Below, in pieces: positions 9,220 through 17,910 of a stretch of DNA of 35,752 nt (the stretch's first letter is position 1; every line of letters begins with the position of its first letter). The translations under genes were made by a program, and so were the position numbers. Under the pieces are notes generated by a model. It ran no database searches. It saw only the letters and a program-made list of their open reading frames with translations, and was not told the DNA's origin. Origin of the DNA: Candidatus Muiribacterium halophilum (lineage in GTDB: Bacteria; Muiribacteriota; Muiribacteriia; Muiribacteriales; Muiribacteriaceae); contig JALOAD010000034.1 of the NCBI GenBank assembly GCA_023228995.1, positions 1-35,752 of the forward strand, given 5' to 3'.

Positions 9220-9861
9220 ATGCCTTATTGTCTTATTAAAAATATCAAAACATCAATTTTTATGAATCACTTTGAAAAAAAATTCGAGCAAAAAACGGGA
9301 TTAAATTTCCAAGTGTTCTACAAAGAACACAAACCAAAACTTACTTGGTATTTGTCTAAATGGACAGGAGACTTAGAAGTAGCAGAAGATTTCGCAGATG
9401 AAGCGTTTATTAAAGCATTAACATCAATAGATGGTTACAATGTTGAAAAAGCACAACCACAAACTTGGCTTTATACTATCGCTATTAACTTCGTTAAAAA
9501 AGATTACCAAGACAAACAAAAAATGCCTTCTATCTCTATGGATAGAGAATTGGCTAATGAAGCAACAATGTCTATGTTTCTTCCTTATGATGACGGCAGA
9601 AAACGTCAAGAGAAAGATGCAGAAGATAAGGCTAAAGCTGAGATTGCACGTGATGCTATTTATAGTATGCCTGACAAACATTATAAGTACCGTAGAGTTC
9701 TTATTCTTAGAGAATTGAAAAATTATTCTTATAATGAGATTGCTGATAAGTTAGAATTAAACCTCTCAACAGTTAAGTCACAGATCAAACAAGGTCGTGC
9801 TTTAATTGCTAAAAAGATTGAGAAGAAAATCGCATATATTGACGAACATGGGTTAAAGTAA
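9220..9861 (+). CDS. RNA polymerase sigma factor, sigma-70/ECF family
   Basis: The region-2-like segment is FADEAFIKALTSIDGY...QTWLYTIAINFVKKDY. The region-4 HTH segment is YRRVLILRELKNYSYNEIADKLELNLSTVKSQIKQGRALI. The true start may be the ATG at 9262 (MNHFEKK...). Confidence 0.75.
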   Translation: MPYCLIKNIKTSIFMNHFEKKFEQKTGLNFQVFYKEHKPKLTWYLSKWTGDLEVAEDFADEAFIKALTSIDGYNVEKAQPQTWLYTIAINFVKKDYQDKQKMPSISMDRELANEATMSMFLPYDDGRKRQEKDAEDKAKAEIARDAIYSMPDKHYKYRRVLILRELKNYSYNEIADKLELNLSTVKSQIKQGRALIAKKIEKKIAYIDEHGLK

Positions 9862-9868
9862 GGCACAA

Positions 9869-9900
9869 AGCCACTCAGAAATGAGTGGCTTTTTTGTTTC
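9869..9900 (+). terminator. Rho-independent terminator
   Basis: AGCCACTCA-gaaa-TGAGTGGCT is a 9-bp stem. It is followed by TTTTTTGTTTC. Confidence 0.75.
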
Positions 9901-9932
9901 AAACAATTATAAAAATAAATTATATAAGACAT

Positions 9933-10094
9933 ATGAAAGGAAAATGGACTTGGGCAAGCGATAAAGAACATATCAATATTAATACAGGTGTTGGTACTAT
10001 AAAATTTACAAAATCAGATTTTGATAAAATTCAATCAGAACTTTTAAAAAAACAACGAGAAAAGAAAATAAAAAGAATACTCAATGAAGAATAA
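9933..10094 (+). CDS. small protein, member of the C-terminal KL[EK]RIL-tail family (tail KKIKRILNEE)
   Basis: ATG at 9933 is in frame with track ORF 9885..10094, whose GTG start lies inside the terminator. The stop overlaps the next gene's ATG. Confidence 0.5.
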   Translation: MKGKWTWASDKEHININTGVGTIKFTKSDFDKIQSELLKKQREKKIKRILNEE

Positions 10095-10866
10095 AATTTA
10101 TAATGAAGATAATATCAAAACTATGGAGAAAATACCTGACAACCATTGTCATGGTATTATCACAACACCACCATATAACTTAGGTCGAAACCCAAACCAC
10201 AGAAGAAAAGATCAAGAAGATTACAACTTATATGCTGATAATGTTGATAACCTAACAGAAGAAGAATATTTAGAGGTTAGAACAACCGAATTTAAGGAGT
10301 TTCAGAGAATAGTTAAAGATGATGGTGTCATACTATATAATATGTCATACTCAAAAGAAAATCCAATGCTACCATTACTTCTTATGAACAAAATACACAA
10401 TGAAACTGACCTCACAGTAGCCGATGTTATCACCTGGAAAAAGAATAAGGCAAATCCATTCCAAACCTCTCCAAATAAACTTACAAGAATATCAGAACTC
10501 ATATATGTAATTGTTAATAAAAAACATTTACATACGTTCAAAGCTAATAAGGAAATATCTAAAATAAACGAAAAAACAAAACAAAAGTTCTATAAGAATT
10601 ATACTAATCTAATTGAAGCAAGAAATAATGATGGTATTAAATCTAAAAACAAAGCCACATTTTCAATAGATTTAGTTGAACAACTAATACACATTTACTT
10701 TCCACCAAAATCAATAATTTATGATCCATTCATGGGTATTGGTACAACTGCTAAAGGTTGATTGTCTAAAGATTGTTATTTTCTTGGTAGTGAATTGATA
10801 AAAGAATTTTATGAAGAATCAAAAACAAATATAAAAGATTATGTCGGACTGTTGCGCAAATCCTAA
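10084..10866 (+). pseudogene. DNA methyltransferase, beta-class N6/N4, with an in-frame TGA at 10759-10761
   Basis: Motif IV is ITTPPYN and motif I is DPFMGIGTTAKG. The TGA follows, and the same frame continues LSKDCYFLGSELIKEFYEE..., which matches the ...YIGVELDENYF region of the 6015 paralog. The stop aligns with Ser/Cys in the paralogs. Either a nonsense mutation or readthrough would explain it. Confidence 0.6.
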
Positions 10867-11059
10867 TATAAAGAAGAAAAAGAAACCAACATATTTAGAA
10901 AGAATTATGTTAAAAATTATAGCAATTTTTATTGTTGTCGGAATACTTATTTTTGCTGGTTTCTTCTGGGTAACATTATTAATTGCTGCCGCACTATTTT
11001 TTATAGTGTTTTTTGGTTATTATTTCATAGGTAAATTAAAGAAAAGAAGAAAACGATGA
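10841..11059 (+). CDS. small two-TM membrane protein with polybasic C-terminus
   Basis: Track ORF. The alternative start is the ATG at 10907 (MLKIIAIF...). The C-terminus is KLKKRRKR. It looks holin-like, but the context does not support that call. Confidence 0.45.
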   Translation: MSDCCANPNIKKKKKPTYLERIMLKIIAIFIVVGILIFAGFFWVTLLIAAALFFIVFFGYYFIGKLKKRRKR

Positions 11060-11427
11060 AAAAGAAATGTAGAGTATTTACAACTTGTTTAGGTTGGTCT
11101 GAAGTAATGTTTATTTTTGATGAAGAAACAAAATTTTCTGAAATAAAGAATAAACCACAAACACATATGTTAACCAGAGATGATTATGTTGGTACATATG
11201 AATTTGATAAGAAATTTATACAATTATTTAATAGATCGAAGATAGGCGATAAATATTACTTCTATCGTTTCAGTTATCATAAAGATGATAAACCACAAGA
11301 AGAACAACAATGGATTAAAATTCCTGAGTTTGTTCCAAAAGAGGAACCTAAACAACAAGAATATACAAGCGTTAAAAAAGAAGAAGGTCAATCAAACGCA
11401 GAAGACTTTCAATCATTATTTGATTAA
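11056..11427 (+). CDS. hypothetical protein
   Basis: 123-aa track ORF. Confidence 0.5.
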   Translation: MKKKCRVFTTCLGWSEVMFIFDEETKFSEIKNKPQTHMLTRDDYVGTYEFDKKFIQLFNRSKIGDKYYFYRFSYHKDDKPQEEQQWIKIPEFVPKEEPKQQEYTSVKKEEGQSNAEDFQSLFD

Positions 11428-11428
11428 T

Positions 11429-11749
11429 ATGTGTAAAGTAGTACATTTCAAGAAAGATGATTATGATGTTTATATAGGTAGGTTACCTGGTGGTGAGTTT
11501 AATAAATGGGCTTATCCTAAAGATTTGAGAGACACATTCCCAGAAGGAACACCAAGACAAGAAATCATAGATGCTTATGAAGATTATTTGTTATCAAATA
11601 AAAAACTCATGCAGGATCTACATGAGTTGAAGTATAAAACATTAGGTTGTTGGTGTAAACCTAAATCTTGTCACGGTGATATTCTTAAAAAATATGTTGA
11701 TAAGTTAGAAAGAATAGATGAAAGAAAAAATCTTGTTAATACAGACTAA
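11429..11749 (+). CDS. DUF4326-family protein
   Basis: ATG at 11429 is in frame with track ORF 11285..11749. GCWCKPKSCHGDIL matches the CWC-x-P-x-x-CHGD signature that I recall for DUF4326. Confidence 0.55.
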   Translation: MCKVVHFKKDDYDVYIGRLPGGEFNKWAYPKDLRDTFPEGTPRQEIIDAYEDYLLSNKKLMQDLHELKYKTLGCWCKPKSCHGDILKKYVDKLERIDERKNLVNTD

Positions 11750-12206
11750 CATTAAACAATTCCTCACCAATAGATGCAATGATTTCATGTCTAGGATAAT
11801 CAAGAGAAACAGTCAAATCCAATAAATCAGAAATAAAGTTATATATATTGTCATCATCTTCTAACGAACCTTCTGAAAAAATACCTTCACTATCTGATAA
11901 ATGTTTCTTTGCAAGTTCCAAAAAATCATTAAATTTTATATCATCACATATTTGATCAAATATCGAATCAGGTATTCCCATATTATCAAAAAGGTTAATG
12001 AAATCATCATAATAATCTTTAGTGAACTTTTCGTCATCACTTAGTTTCACAAATTCACTTTTATCTATCAATTGTTTCCTATAATTTGCATCAAATATAT
12101 TTGGTCTACTTCCAGCCTGTTTCTTATTATTTTCTCTTTTACGTCTTTTTTGTTCTATCCTTTCTTCAGGTGTTAAAAATGACTCAAACGTTTTCAATAT
12201 TTTCAT
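11736..12206 (-). CDS. acidic hypothetical protein
   Basis: Track ORF. N-terminus is MKILKTFESF. Confidence 0.55.
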   Translation of the reverse strand: MKILKTFESFLTPEERIEQKRRKRENNKKQAGSRPNIFDANYRKQLIDKSEFVKLSDDEKFTKDYYDDFINLFDNMGIPDSIFDQICDDIKFNDFLELAKKHLSDSEGIFSEGSLEDDDNIYNFISDLLDLTVSLDYPRHEIIASIGEELFNVSLY

Positions 12207-12207
12207 T

Positions 12208-12462
12208 TTACATTAATTCTTTTATAAATTCCAGAGTATCTTGCCAACCATCGTATAATCCCCAATGTTCTTCTAAACAAGATGTGAGTTTCTTGGCTTT
12301 TTCTTCTTTTGATAATGAACTATCATTAACAATTTCATCATATTGTTCATCAAAGAAATCTTCACCATCATAAAAATCAAAACCAAAATCATACAGGAAA
12401 CTTTTTAGTTTTGATAAAGTTTCATCTATTTCGTAATTTTCATATGTTTGTAAATACTTCAT
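12208..12462 (-). CDS. acidic hypothetical protein
   Basis: Track ORF. N-terminus is MKYLQTYENY. Confidence 0.5.
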   Translation of the reverse strand: MKYLQTYENYEIDETLSKLKSFLYDFGFDFYDGEDFFDEQYDEIVNDSSLSKEEKAKKLTSCLEEHWGLYDGWQDTLEFIKELM

Positions 12463-12640
12463 TATGATGGGTTTTCAAGTCTTTTTCTTCTTTCAGCTCT
12501 CTTATCAGCCATTCTTCAATAGGATCTGTCGTTTTCGCTTCAATTCTATTATCTATAAATGATGTCAATCCTAATCCGCCAATCGTTAAAACTGTAACAA
12601 CACCAACACCAATTAATATTTTTTTAAGTATATCATTCAT
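12440..12640 (-). CDS. small membrane-anchored protein
   Basis: Track ORF. TM segment is ILIGVGVVTVLTIGGLGL. Confidence 0.45.
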   Translation of the reverse strand: MNDILKKILIGVGVVTVLTIGGLGLTSFIDNRIEAKTTDPIEEWLIRELKEEKDLKTHHNEVFTNI

Positions 12641-13455
12641 TACTCTTCTAATCTAATTTCATAGTCTCCTAATCTCGAATTATCACTATATTCATCATTC
12701 CACCAAGTTGATACATACCATCCATCAATGTCTTGTTGTTCGAAACCTTCACCCCAACCATCAGAACATTGTCCTTCAAGATAATCTTTAATTAGTTCTA
12801 TTTCTTCATCAGTAATGTCAGGCTTAACCATAACTTCTACCCAGAATCTACTTTCATCATCAAAATTATTACCAACCATTTGCATTGATGTTGCACCTAC
12901 TTCTTCTGCTTCATCGAAATATTGGATAAGATCTTCTTTATTAAAATCTTCTTGCATTTCATCATAAATAATTTTCATTTCTCTCTTATCTAAAGCATCA
13001 GCAATTTTTTCTTTGATTTGGAAGCTATCTGCGAATTTACCCCAACCACCAGCACTAGCTACATAATCATCAAAAAGATCCTCAAAATCTTTTTCCATAA
13101 ATTCTTCATATTCGTTTGTTCTTTCTTCCCATTCCTGATGTTCTGCTTCAAAATCTTCTTCATTATCGAAATCGTCTATTTCTGGTTCATCTTCATCAAA
13201 ATAAGGTGCTTGTCCGTCTTTCCAATCTTCAAAATCTTGTTCTAACCAATCAGCATCATAACCTTGTCTTGATAATTCCATTTCAATATCTCTAATACTA
13301 CCATACATACTAAAAATACTCTCATCAAGTTCTTTCTGTACATAAGTTGGCACAGATAATTTTATCTTTTTAAGTTCTGTTACTGCTGGTTCTGGAAGAA
13401 GTGATTTTGGTTCTCCACCAACAAATGCTTCATATCTTTTAATCAATTTCATCAT
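12640..13455 (-). CDS. highly acidic, Trp-rich hypothetical protein
   Basis: 271 aa with a very high D/E content. N-terminus is MMKLIKRYEAF. Confidence 0.6.
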   Translation of the reverse strand: MMKLIKRYEAFVGGEPKSLLPEPAVTELKKIKLSVPTYVQKELDESIFSMYGSIRDIEMELSRQGYDADWLEQDFEDWKDGQAPYFDEDEPEIDDFDNEEDFEAEHQEWEERTNEYEEFMEKDFEDLFDDYVASAGGWGKFADSFQIKEKIADALDKREMKIIYDEMQEDFNKEDLIQYFDEAEEVGATSMQMVGNNFDDESRFWVEVMVKPDITDEEIELIKDYLEGQCSDGWGEGFEQQDIDGWYVSTWWNDEYSDNSRLGDYEIRLEE

Positions 13456-13469
13456 ATTTTTATTTTTTT

Positions 13470-13793
13470 TTATAATGTTAATTTATCTTGTAATTCATCA
13501 TTTTCTATTTCACCTTTCAACAAATATGGATCTCCAATCTCTTGAATATAACCTCTACCATCAAAATAATCATCATTAATTTCTTGTAATGTTGATTCGT
13601 CTCTACATTCAATCTCAAAATCAGTAGAATATGTACCAATTGTTGGAGTACTGTAGATACTTATGTTTGGATAATTAGATTGTAGATAATCTATTAATTC
13701 TTCTACTATTTCGTTTAATTCATCCTGACTATATTCAATGTTTTCATAATATCTGTTCCAAGTATTAAATTGTTTCCAGTTTTTTACTTTCAT
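13470..13793 (-). CDS. hypothetical protein
   Basis: 107-aa track ORF. Confidence 0.5.
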   Translation of the reverse strand: MKVKNWKQFNTWNRYYENIEYSQDELNEIVEELIDYLQSNYPNISIYSTPTIGTYSTDFEIECRDESTLQEINDDYFDGRGYIQEIGDPYLLKGEIENDELQDKLTL

Positions 13794-13828
13794 TACATTA
13801 TTATTATTATTTTTGTTGTTTTTATATA

Positions 13829-14866
13829 TTAAATAACTCTAATAAAAAATCCTTGCCTATACATTTTTTCTGCCATCTTCTGGGCAATTTGTTTTACTGC
13901 AGGACTAATATCAAATTGATCTTCTAAATCAAATATTTTCCATACGTTTTTACAAACATATATTGTTAGTATTTCTTCACTTTTTTCATCTGTTGAATAA
14001 ATCAATTCAACATTAAATAATTCACTTTCTACATTAAATTCATCACCTATCTCTTTATCATCAAAACCAACTATTTGCCCATCATAAAATACAGCATGAC
14101 TGTTACCATATCTTTTCACTAACCATTTATCATTTTGTGCATTCTCAAAAGTAGCAAAAGACTCAGTGTACTTAAATTTTGTAATTTTATTTCTATATTG
14201 TGCTTGACTCATACCTTTTGGTGTCTTAATTTTTTTAGGTTTATATCCCATAGCAAGTAACATTTGTCTTTTTTGTTCTGGTGGTAATGTGTGAATTTTC
14301 ATTAATGTTTCTTCATCCCATTGTTCTGATCCAGAATACTTTTTCAATGGTATTAAATCTGTTTGATGTCTATTTTGTCTGCTAAAGTATTTACCTTCTT
14401 CCCATTCACCATTTGGCTCAACAACAACTTCTACTCTCCATTCAGGATCACTAAAATCAATACCATCATATTTATCTATGTATCTTCCATCTAAAGCAGA
14501 CTCATTATTATGAGCATAATCTAATTCTTCTGCTAATATTTCTAAAAAATCCTCAAAATCTTCTTTTGGTGGATGCCACCAAAAAGAAATAATTTTACTA
14601 TCTAACCACAATCTACCAGCATATTTTAATCCCCATCTATCACCAGGACCATTACCTTCCCTATCAATCAAATCACTATGATAATGTAAGTGATGTGTAC
14701 CCACTAACATTTTTTCATGTGAATCTGGATCATCCCAAATACCAAATGCTCTTGCATCTTCATCATCATAATACACCAATGCTCCATCATTTTTACCTAT
14801 GATTTCACCAGGTTTATAAACATATTCAGCATCTTCTCTTAGATATTCGTTAAATCTAATTATCAT
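13829..14866 (-). CDS. hypothetical protein
   Basis: 345 aa. The N-terminus MIIRFNEYL is almost identical to the N-terminus MILRFNEHIL of the neighbouring cyclase. Confidence 0.6.
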   Translation of the reverse strand: MIIRFNEYLREDAEYVYKPGEIIGKNDGALVYYDDEDARAFGIWDDPDSHEKMLVGTHHLHYHSDLIDREGNGPGDRWGLKYAGRLWLDSKIISFWWHPPKEDFEDFLEILAEELDYAHNNESALDGRYIDKYDGIDFSDPEWRVEVVVEPNGEWEEGKYFSRQNRHQTDLIPLKKYSGSEQWDEETLMKIHTLPPEQKRQMLLAMGYKPKKIKTPKGMSQAQYRNKITKFKYTESFATFENAQNDKWLVKRYGNSHAVFYDGQIVGFDDKEIGDEFNVESELFNVELIYSTDEKSEEILTIYVCKNVWKIFDLEDQFDISPAVKQIAQKMAEKMYRQGFFIRVI

Positions 14867-14867
14867 A

Positions 14868-15530
14868 TTATAATCTTATTTTATATGCGGTTATTTCATC
14901 AACACCTTTCAATTCTGAAACATTTTTACACATATAGTTATGTACATCTGTTAAAAGTCTTTCGGATCTTTTTCTTTCAGATACTCGACAATCATCCTTA
15001 AAATCAATAGCATCAACTTTATAATCAAGTTCTAAATCATCAACTTTACCATCATAAGCAAATGCTATACCACCAACATCAGATACTTTTGATTCCATTC
15101 TTGATGCAGTATTAACTACATTACCAAAATAGTCCACAATCTCATTACCCTGTCTTATAACAACTCTTTTATATACTTCACCACCACATATACCTATTCT
15201 TAATTCTAATCTCTTAGAACCAACCTTAATATGTGTTTTCTCTAAATCTTTTTGTAATTCTATTGCGAAATCAATAGCAGTTTTAAGTTTATCAAAAGAT
15301 AACATAAAAGCATCACCAATAGATTTCAATATAACTGCATTATATTTTTCTGACAATTTAACAATTTGTTTTTCATGAGTATCTAATGCCTTAAACATTT
15401 CTTCTTCGTATTTATTCCAAAGTTCTGAACTACTTTTAATATCAGTAAATAATATAGTACGTTCTTCTATATCCATACCATATTTCTTTTTCTTCCCTTC
15501 TAATATATGTTCATTAAACCTTAAAATCAT
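14868..15530 (-). CDS. class III nucleotidyl (adenylyl/guanylyl) cyclase catalytic-domain protein
   Basis: ILFTDIKSSSELW (metal-binding Asp), KSIGDAFMLSF (IGDA), RIGICGGEV, and FGNVVNTASRMES correspond to PF00211 signature blocks. Confidence 0.75.
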   Translation of the reverse strand: MILRFNEHILEGKKKKYGMDIEERTILFTDIKSSSELWNKYEEEMFKALDTHEKQIVKLSEKYNAVILKSIGDAFMLSFDKLKTAIDFAIELQKDLEKTHIKVGSKRLELRIGICGGEVYKRVVIRQGNEIVDYFGNVVNTASRMESKVSDVGGIAFAYDGKVDDLELDYKVDAIDFKDDCRVSERKRSERLLTDVHNYMCKNVSELKGVDEITAYKIRL

Positions 15531-15626
15531 TTCAGTTAGATGTTTATTTGATAATATATATTAAAAACAAAAACTATAATTGAAAGTATAAACATGTGTT
15601 ATGTTTTTTTATAAAGTAAAAATACG

Positions 15627-15634
15627 TATATTTG
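15627..15634 (+). promoter_or_regulatory. -7 promoter element TATATTTG, 4 nt upstream of the ATG at 15639 (leaderless arrangement)
   Basis: Exact motif. The N4 spacing is also seen at 22693, 28062 and the minus gene at 26588. Confidence 0.5.
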
Positions 15635-15638
15635 TAGA

Positions 15639-16358
15639 ATGAAGAAAAAATTTCAAATATTCGGTAGCACATCATCTGAAGACTATGATGTGATGGTTTT
15701 CGTTGATGAAATTCCCATAACAGAGGAAGCGAAACGACTATGCGAGAAATATAACAAAAAACTTTATATGAGATTTGTTGATACTGGTATGCCAATCAAA
15801 AAATTAAACTGCAACCTTGCCGTATTAAAAGATGGTGTTGTTGTAGAAGTTTTCAAGGGAACAAGTGATGAAGTAAACAACTCTTGTTTCCTCACATATG
15901 ATTTTCATACACAGATTCACCCAAATCAAATCTTGAAAACTGTTGATAGAGATGTTGATATAAAAATTATGCGTTCAGCAAGATTTATGTTAATGTATCT
16001 TTCAAGATCAGAACATAGATTTGATGTAAAAAGAGGTTTGAAATCAAACTTTGTTAAGAAAATTAAAGTTTTAGAAAATATTGACCTAACCAAGACAACT
16101 GACTTAGGAGAGAAAGGTGTTGATTGGGTTGATTATCTGAAAAGTATGAGTTTTCAATTAGGACAAAGTTTAGCATTATTAAATGGGATTGAGTTGTATA
16201 CCAAAGAAGATATATCATCTCACTTTCCATCATTAGAAACAATGCTAAACCGAACAGGTGAAGATTTATTGGCAATCGAAAGTATGAAGGAGGATTTTAT
16301 CAGAGAATGTAAATTACATATGAAAAGTATGAAAACATTCGATGAATATAAAAAATGA
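15639..16358 (+). CDS. hypothetical protein
   Basis: 239-aa track ORF. Confidence 0.55.
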   Translation: MKKKFQIFGSTSSEDYDVMVFVDEIPITEEAKRLCEKYNKKLYMRFVDTGMPIKKLNCNLAVLKDGVVVEVFKGTSDEVNNSCFLTYDFHTQIHPNQILKTVDRDVDIKIMRSARFMLMYLSRSEHRFDVKRGLKSNFVKKIKVLENIDLTKTTDLGEKGVDWVDYLKSMSFQLGQSLALLNGIELYTKEDISSHFPSLETMLNRTGEDLLAIESMKEDFIRECKLHMKSMKTFDEYKK

Positions 16359-16761
16359 TGAAGAAATGAAAAAAGAAAAGCCAAAAATCATTCCAACTCA
16401 CAACGGTTTGGAACGAATTAAGATTTTATCAATCGAAGAAGTATTTAAGTGGATTGAAGAAAACCCAAGAAGAATTTATTGGGAAAGATCCGACTATACA
16501 ATTAATTGTAAAAGAGCAAAAGTCTTTCATAAGAAAGGTTTAGTTTGTGTTAATTGTGGCGTTGAAGGAAAATTCTTTGCACTTGAAAAAGATAGAGGTG
16601 GTGGATTACACCTTGACTTATATGGCTACATAGACGATGAAGAAGTTCTTATTACTATTGACCACATTGTACCTAAATCAAAAGGTGGTGTAAATAAATT
16701 AATAAACTTCCAAACAATGTGTAAGATATGCAACGAAATGAAAGCAGATTCAGACGAATAA
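16342..16761 (+). CDS. HNH endonuclease
   Basis: CVNCGVEGKFF...HLDLYGY...ITIDHIVPKSKGGVNKLINFQTMCKICNEMK fits the HNH beta-beta-alpha-metal pattern C-x2-C...H...DHI-P...N...C-x2-C-N. Confidence 0.8.
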   Translation: MNIKNDEEMKKEKPKIIPTHNGLERIKILSIEEVFKWIEENPRRIYWERSDYTINCKRAKVFHKKGLVCVNCGVEGKFFALEKDRGGGLHLDLYGYIDDEEVLITIDHIVPKSKGGVNKLINFQTMCKICNEMKADSDE

Positions 16762-16772
16762 TTTTTTAGAAC

Positions 16773-16791
16773 TAATTTTGTAGTATATTTG
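16773..16791 (+). promoter_or_regulatory. tandem -7 elements TAATTTTG and TATATTTG
   Basis: Both match TAnnTTTG, upstream of the ATG at 16836. Confidence 0.4.
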
Positions 16792-16835
16792 TAAATAACA
16801 AACAGATAATAATTAAATATCAATTAATCAAAATT

Positions 16836-17312
16836 ATGGAAAAATATAAATTATCAGAATTCGGATTGAATAAGCAGTCATTGAAAAGGAAATTGAAAGA
16901 AATAACACACGATTGTTGGAAACACGGTTTAACATCTATCTTAGATGAAAGAACAACAAAATATTCTTTAGATGACATAGAACATTTAGTCGAAGGTTTT
17001 TATTCTGGAGATGGTCAAATTGAACCAACTAAATCAGAACAACCGTTGAGTAAATATTACGCTGAAAAGAATAAAGAGAAATATGAAAAATTAAAAACTC
17101 TAATTTCTATCAAGAAGAATGGTTCTGCTGACAAAGTAATTGAAAAAGAAATTAGAAAAGTTGTAAGAGATTCACAAAAATCTTTTATAGACTTTGATAC
17201 ATATACAAAAAAATTAGAAACAATTGCTGATAAATTTGGTATTAATCCAACAAAAGTATATGAGATTTCTAACAAAATAGAAACCGAATGGTTAGACGAA
17301 ATAAGTAAATAA
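16836..17312 (+). CDS. hypothetical protein
   Basis: 158-aa track ORF. Confidence 0.5.
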   Translation: MEKYKLSEFGLNKQSLKRKLKEITHDCWKHGLTSILDERTTKYSLDDIEHLVEGFYSGDGQIEPTKSEQPLSKYYAEKNKEKYEKLKTLISIKKNGSADKVIEKEIRKVVRDSQKSFIDFDTYTKKLETIADKFGINPTKVYEISNKIETEWLDEISK

Positions 17313-17315
17313 AAT

Positions 17316-17732
17316 ATGATAACATTACTATACATATTCGCCATTATAACTTTTACATTTATTTGTATATTTGTTGGTTATAAACTCGCAGTCATGCGTT
17401 GGCAACCTAAGGATCTAATTGAGAAATTAGAAAAATATGATGCTGTAAATAGAGAATTATCTGACGGTGTTAAAAAATTGAATGAATTAAATACACAAAA
17501 AGATACTTGGTATATGTCTCAATTACAATCCTTAGGACAATATATGAAAGACAAACATAACGACAATTATGTTTTTGATCAACTAAAGCAACATAACATT
17601 CAACCTATTGGCGGAACAGAAGAATCACTAACAACGGTTGATGATATTTTAGATAAAGCATCTAAGTTCGGCTTAGATTCTTTGACAGAAGACGAATTAA
17701 ACATACTTAAAAACTCAGGAAACAATGGCTAA
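17316..17732 (+). CDS. hypothetical protein with N-terminal TM helix
   Basis: Track ORF. TM segment is LLYIFAIITFTFICIFVGY. Confidence 0.5.
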   Translation: MITLLYIFAIITFTFICIFVGYKLAVMRWQPKDLIEKLEKYDAVNRELSDGVKKLNELNTQKDTWYMSQLQSLGQYMKDKHNDNYVFDQLKQHNIQPIGGTEESLTTVDDILDKASKFGLDSLTEDELNILKNSGNNG

Positions 17733-17910
17733 AAGAAAAAGAAATATAAAAAAGACTATCACAATGAATGACATTCTTAAAGCTACTCGTCACGGTGAAT
17801 GGATGGCTACTAATGAGAATGAGTGTGGCTTTGTTTCAAAACACAAAGTTCATAAGTCAAAGAAAAACTATACAAGAAAATCAAAACATAAGAATGACTA
17901 TCAGAGATAA
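17725..17910 (+). CDS. small highly basic protein
   Basis: 61-aa track ORF, rich in K and R. Confidence 0.4.
   Translation: MAKRKRNIKKTITMNDILKATRHGEWMATNENECGFVSKHKVHKSKKNYTRKSKHKNDYQR

Noticed and set aside
10841-11059. Holin call for the two-TM protein with KLKKRRKR tail
   Set aside because: The topology is holin-like, but no endolysin or spanin gene is nearby and the context is an accessory gene block. It is kept as a small membrane protein.
3214-16275. Numerous 60-140 aa ORFs antisense to or nested in larger genes (3214..3405-, 4761..5033-, 5038..5223-, 5426..5842-, 6377..6643-, 7324..7641-, 7785..7967-, 8331..8558-, 8838..9038-, 9424..9681-, 9431..9718+, 9729..9971-, 10302..10541-, 12086..12373+, 13018..13245+, 15574..15795-, 16063..16275-)
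   Set aside because: Shadow or nested frames with low-complexity, F/I/L/K-rich translations. They overlap genes that have domain support or better coding character.
15639-16358. Nucleotidyltransferase call for 15639..16358 based on FGSTSSEDYDVMVFVD
   Set aside because: The spacing between GS and DxD is only 4 residues, against 9-13 in the pol-beta NTase signature. The gene is left as hypothetical.
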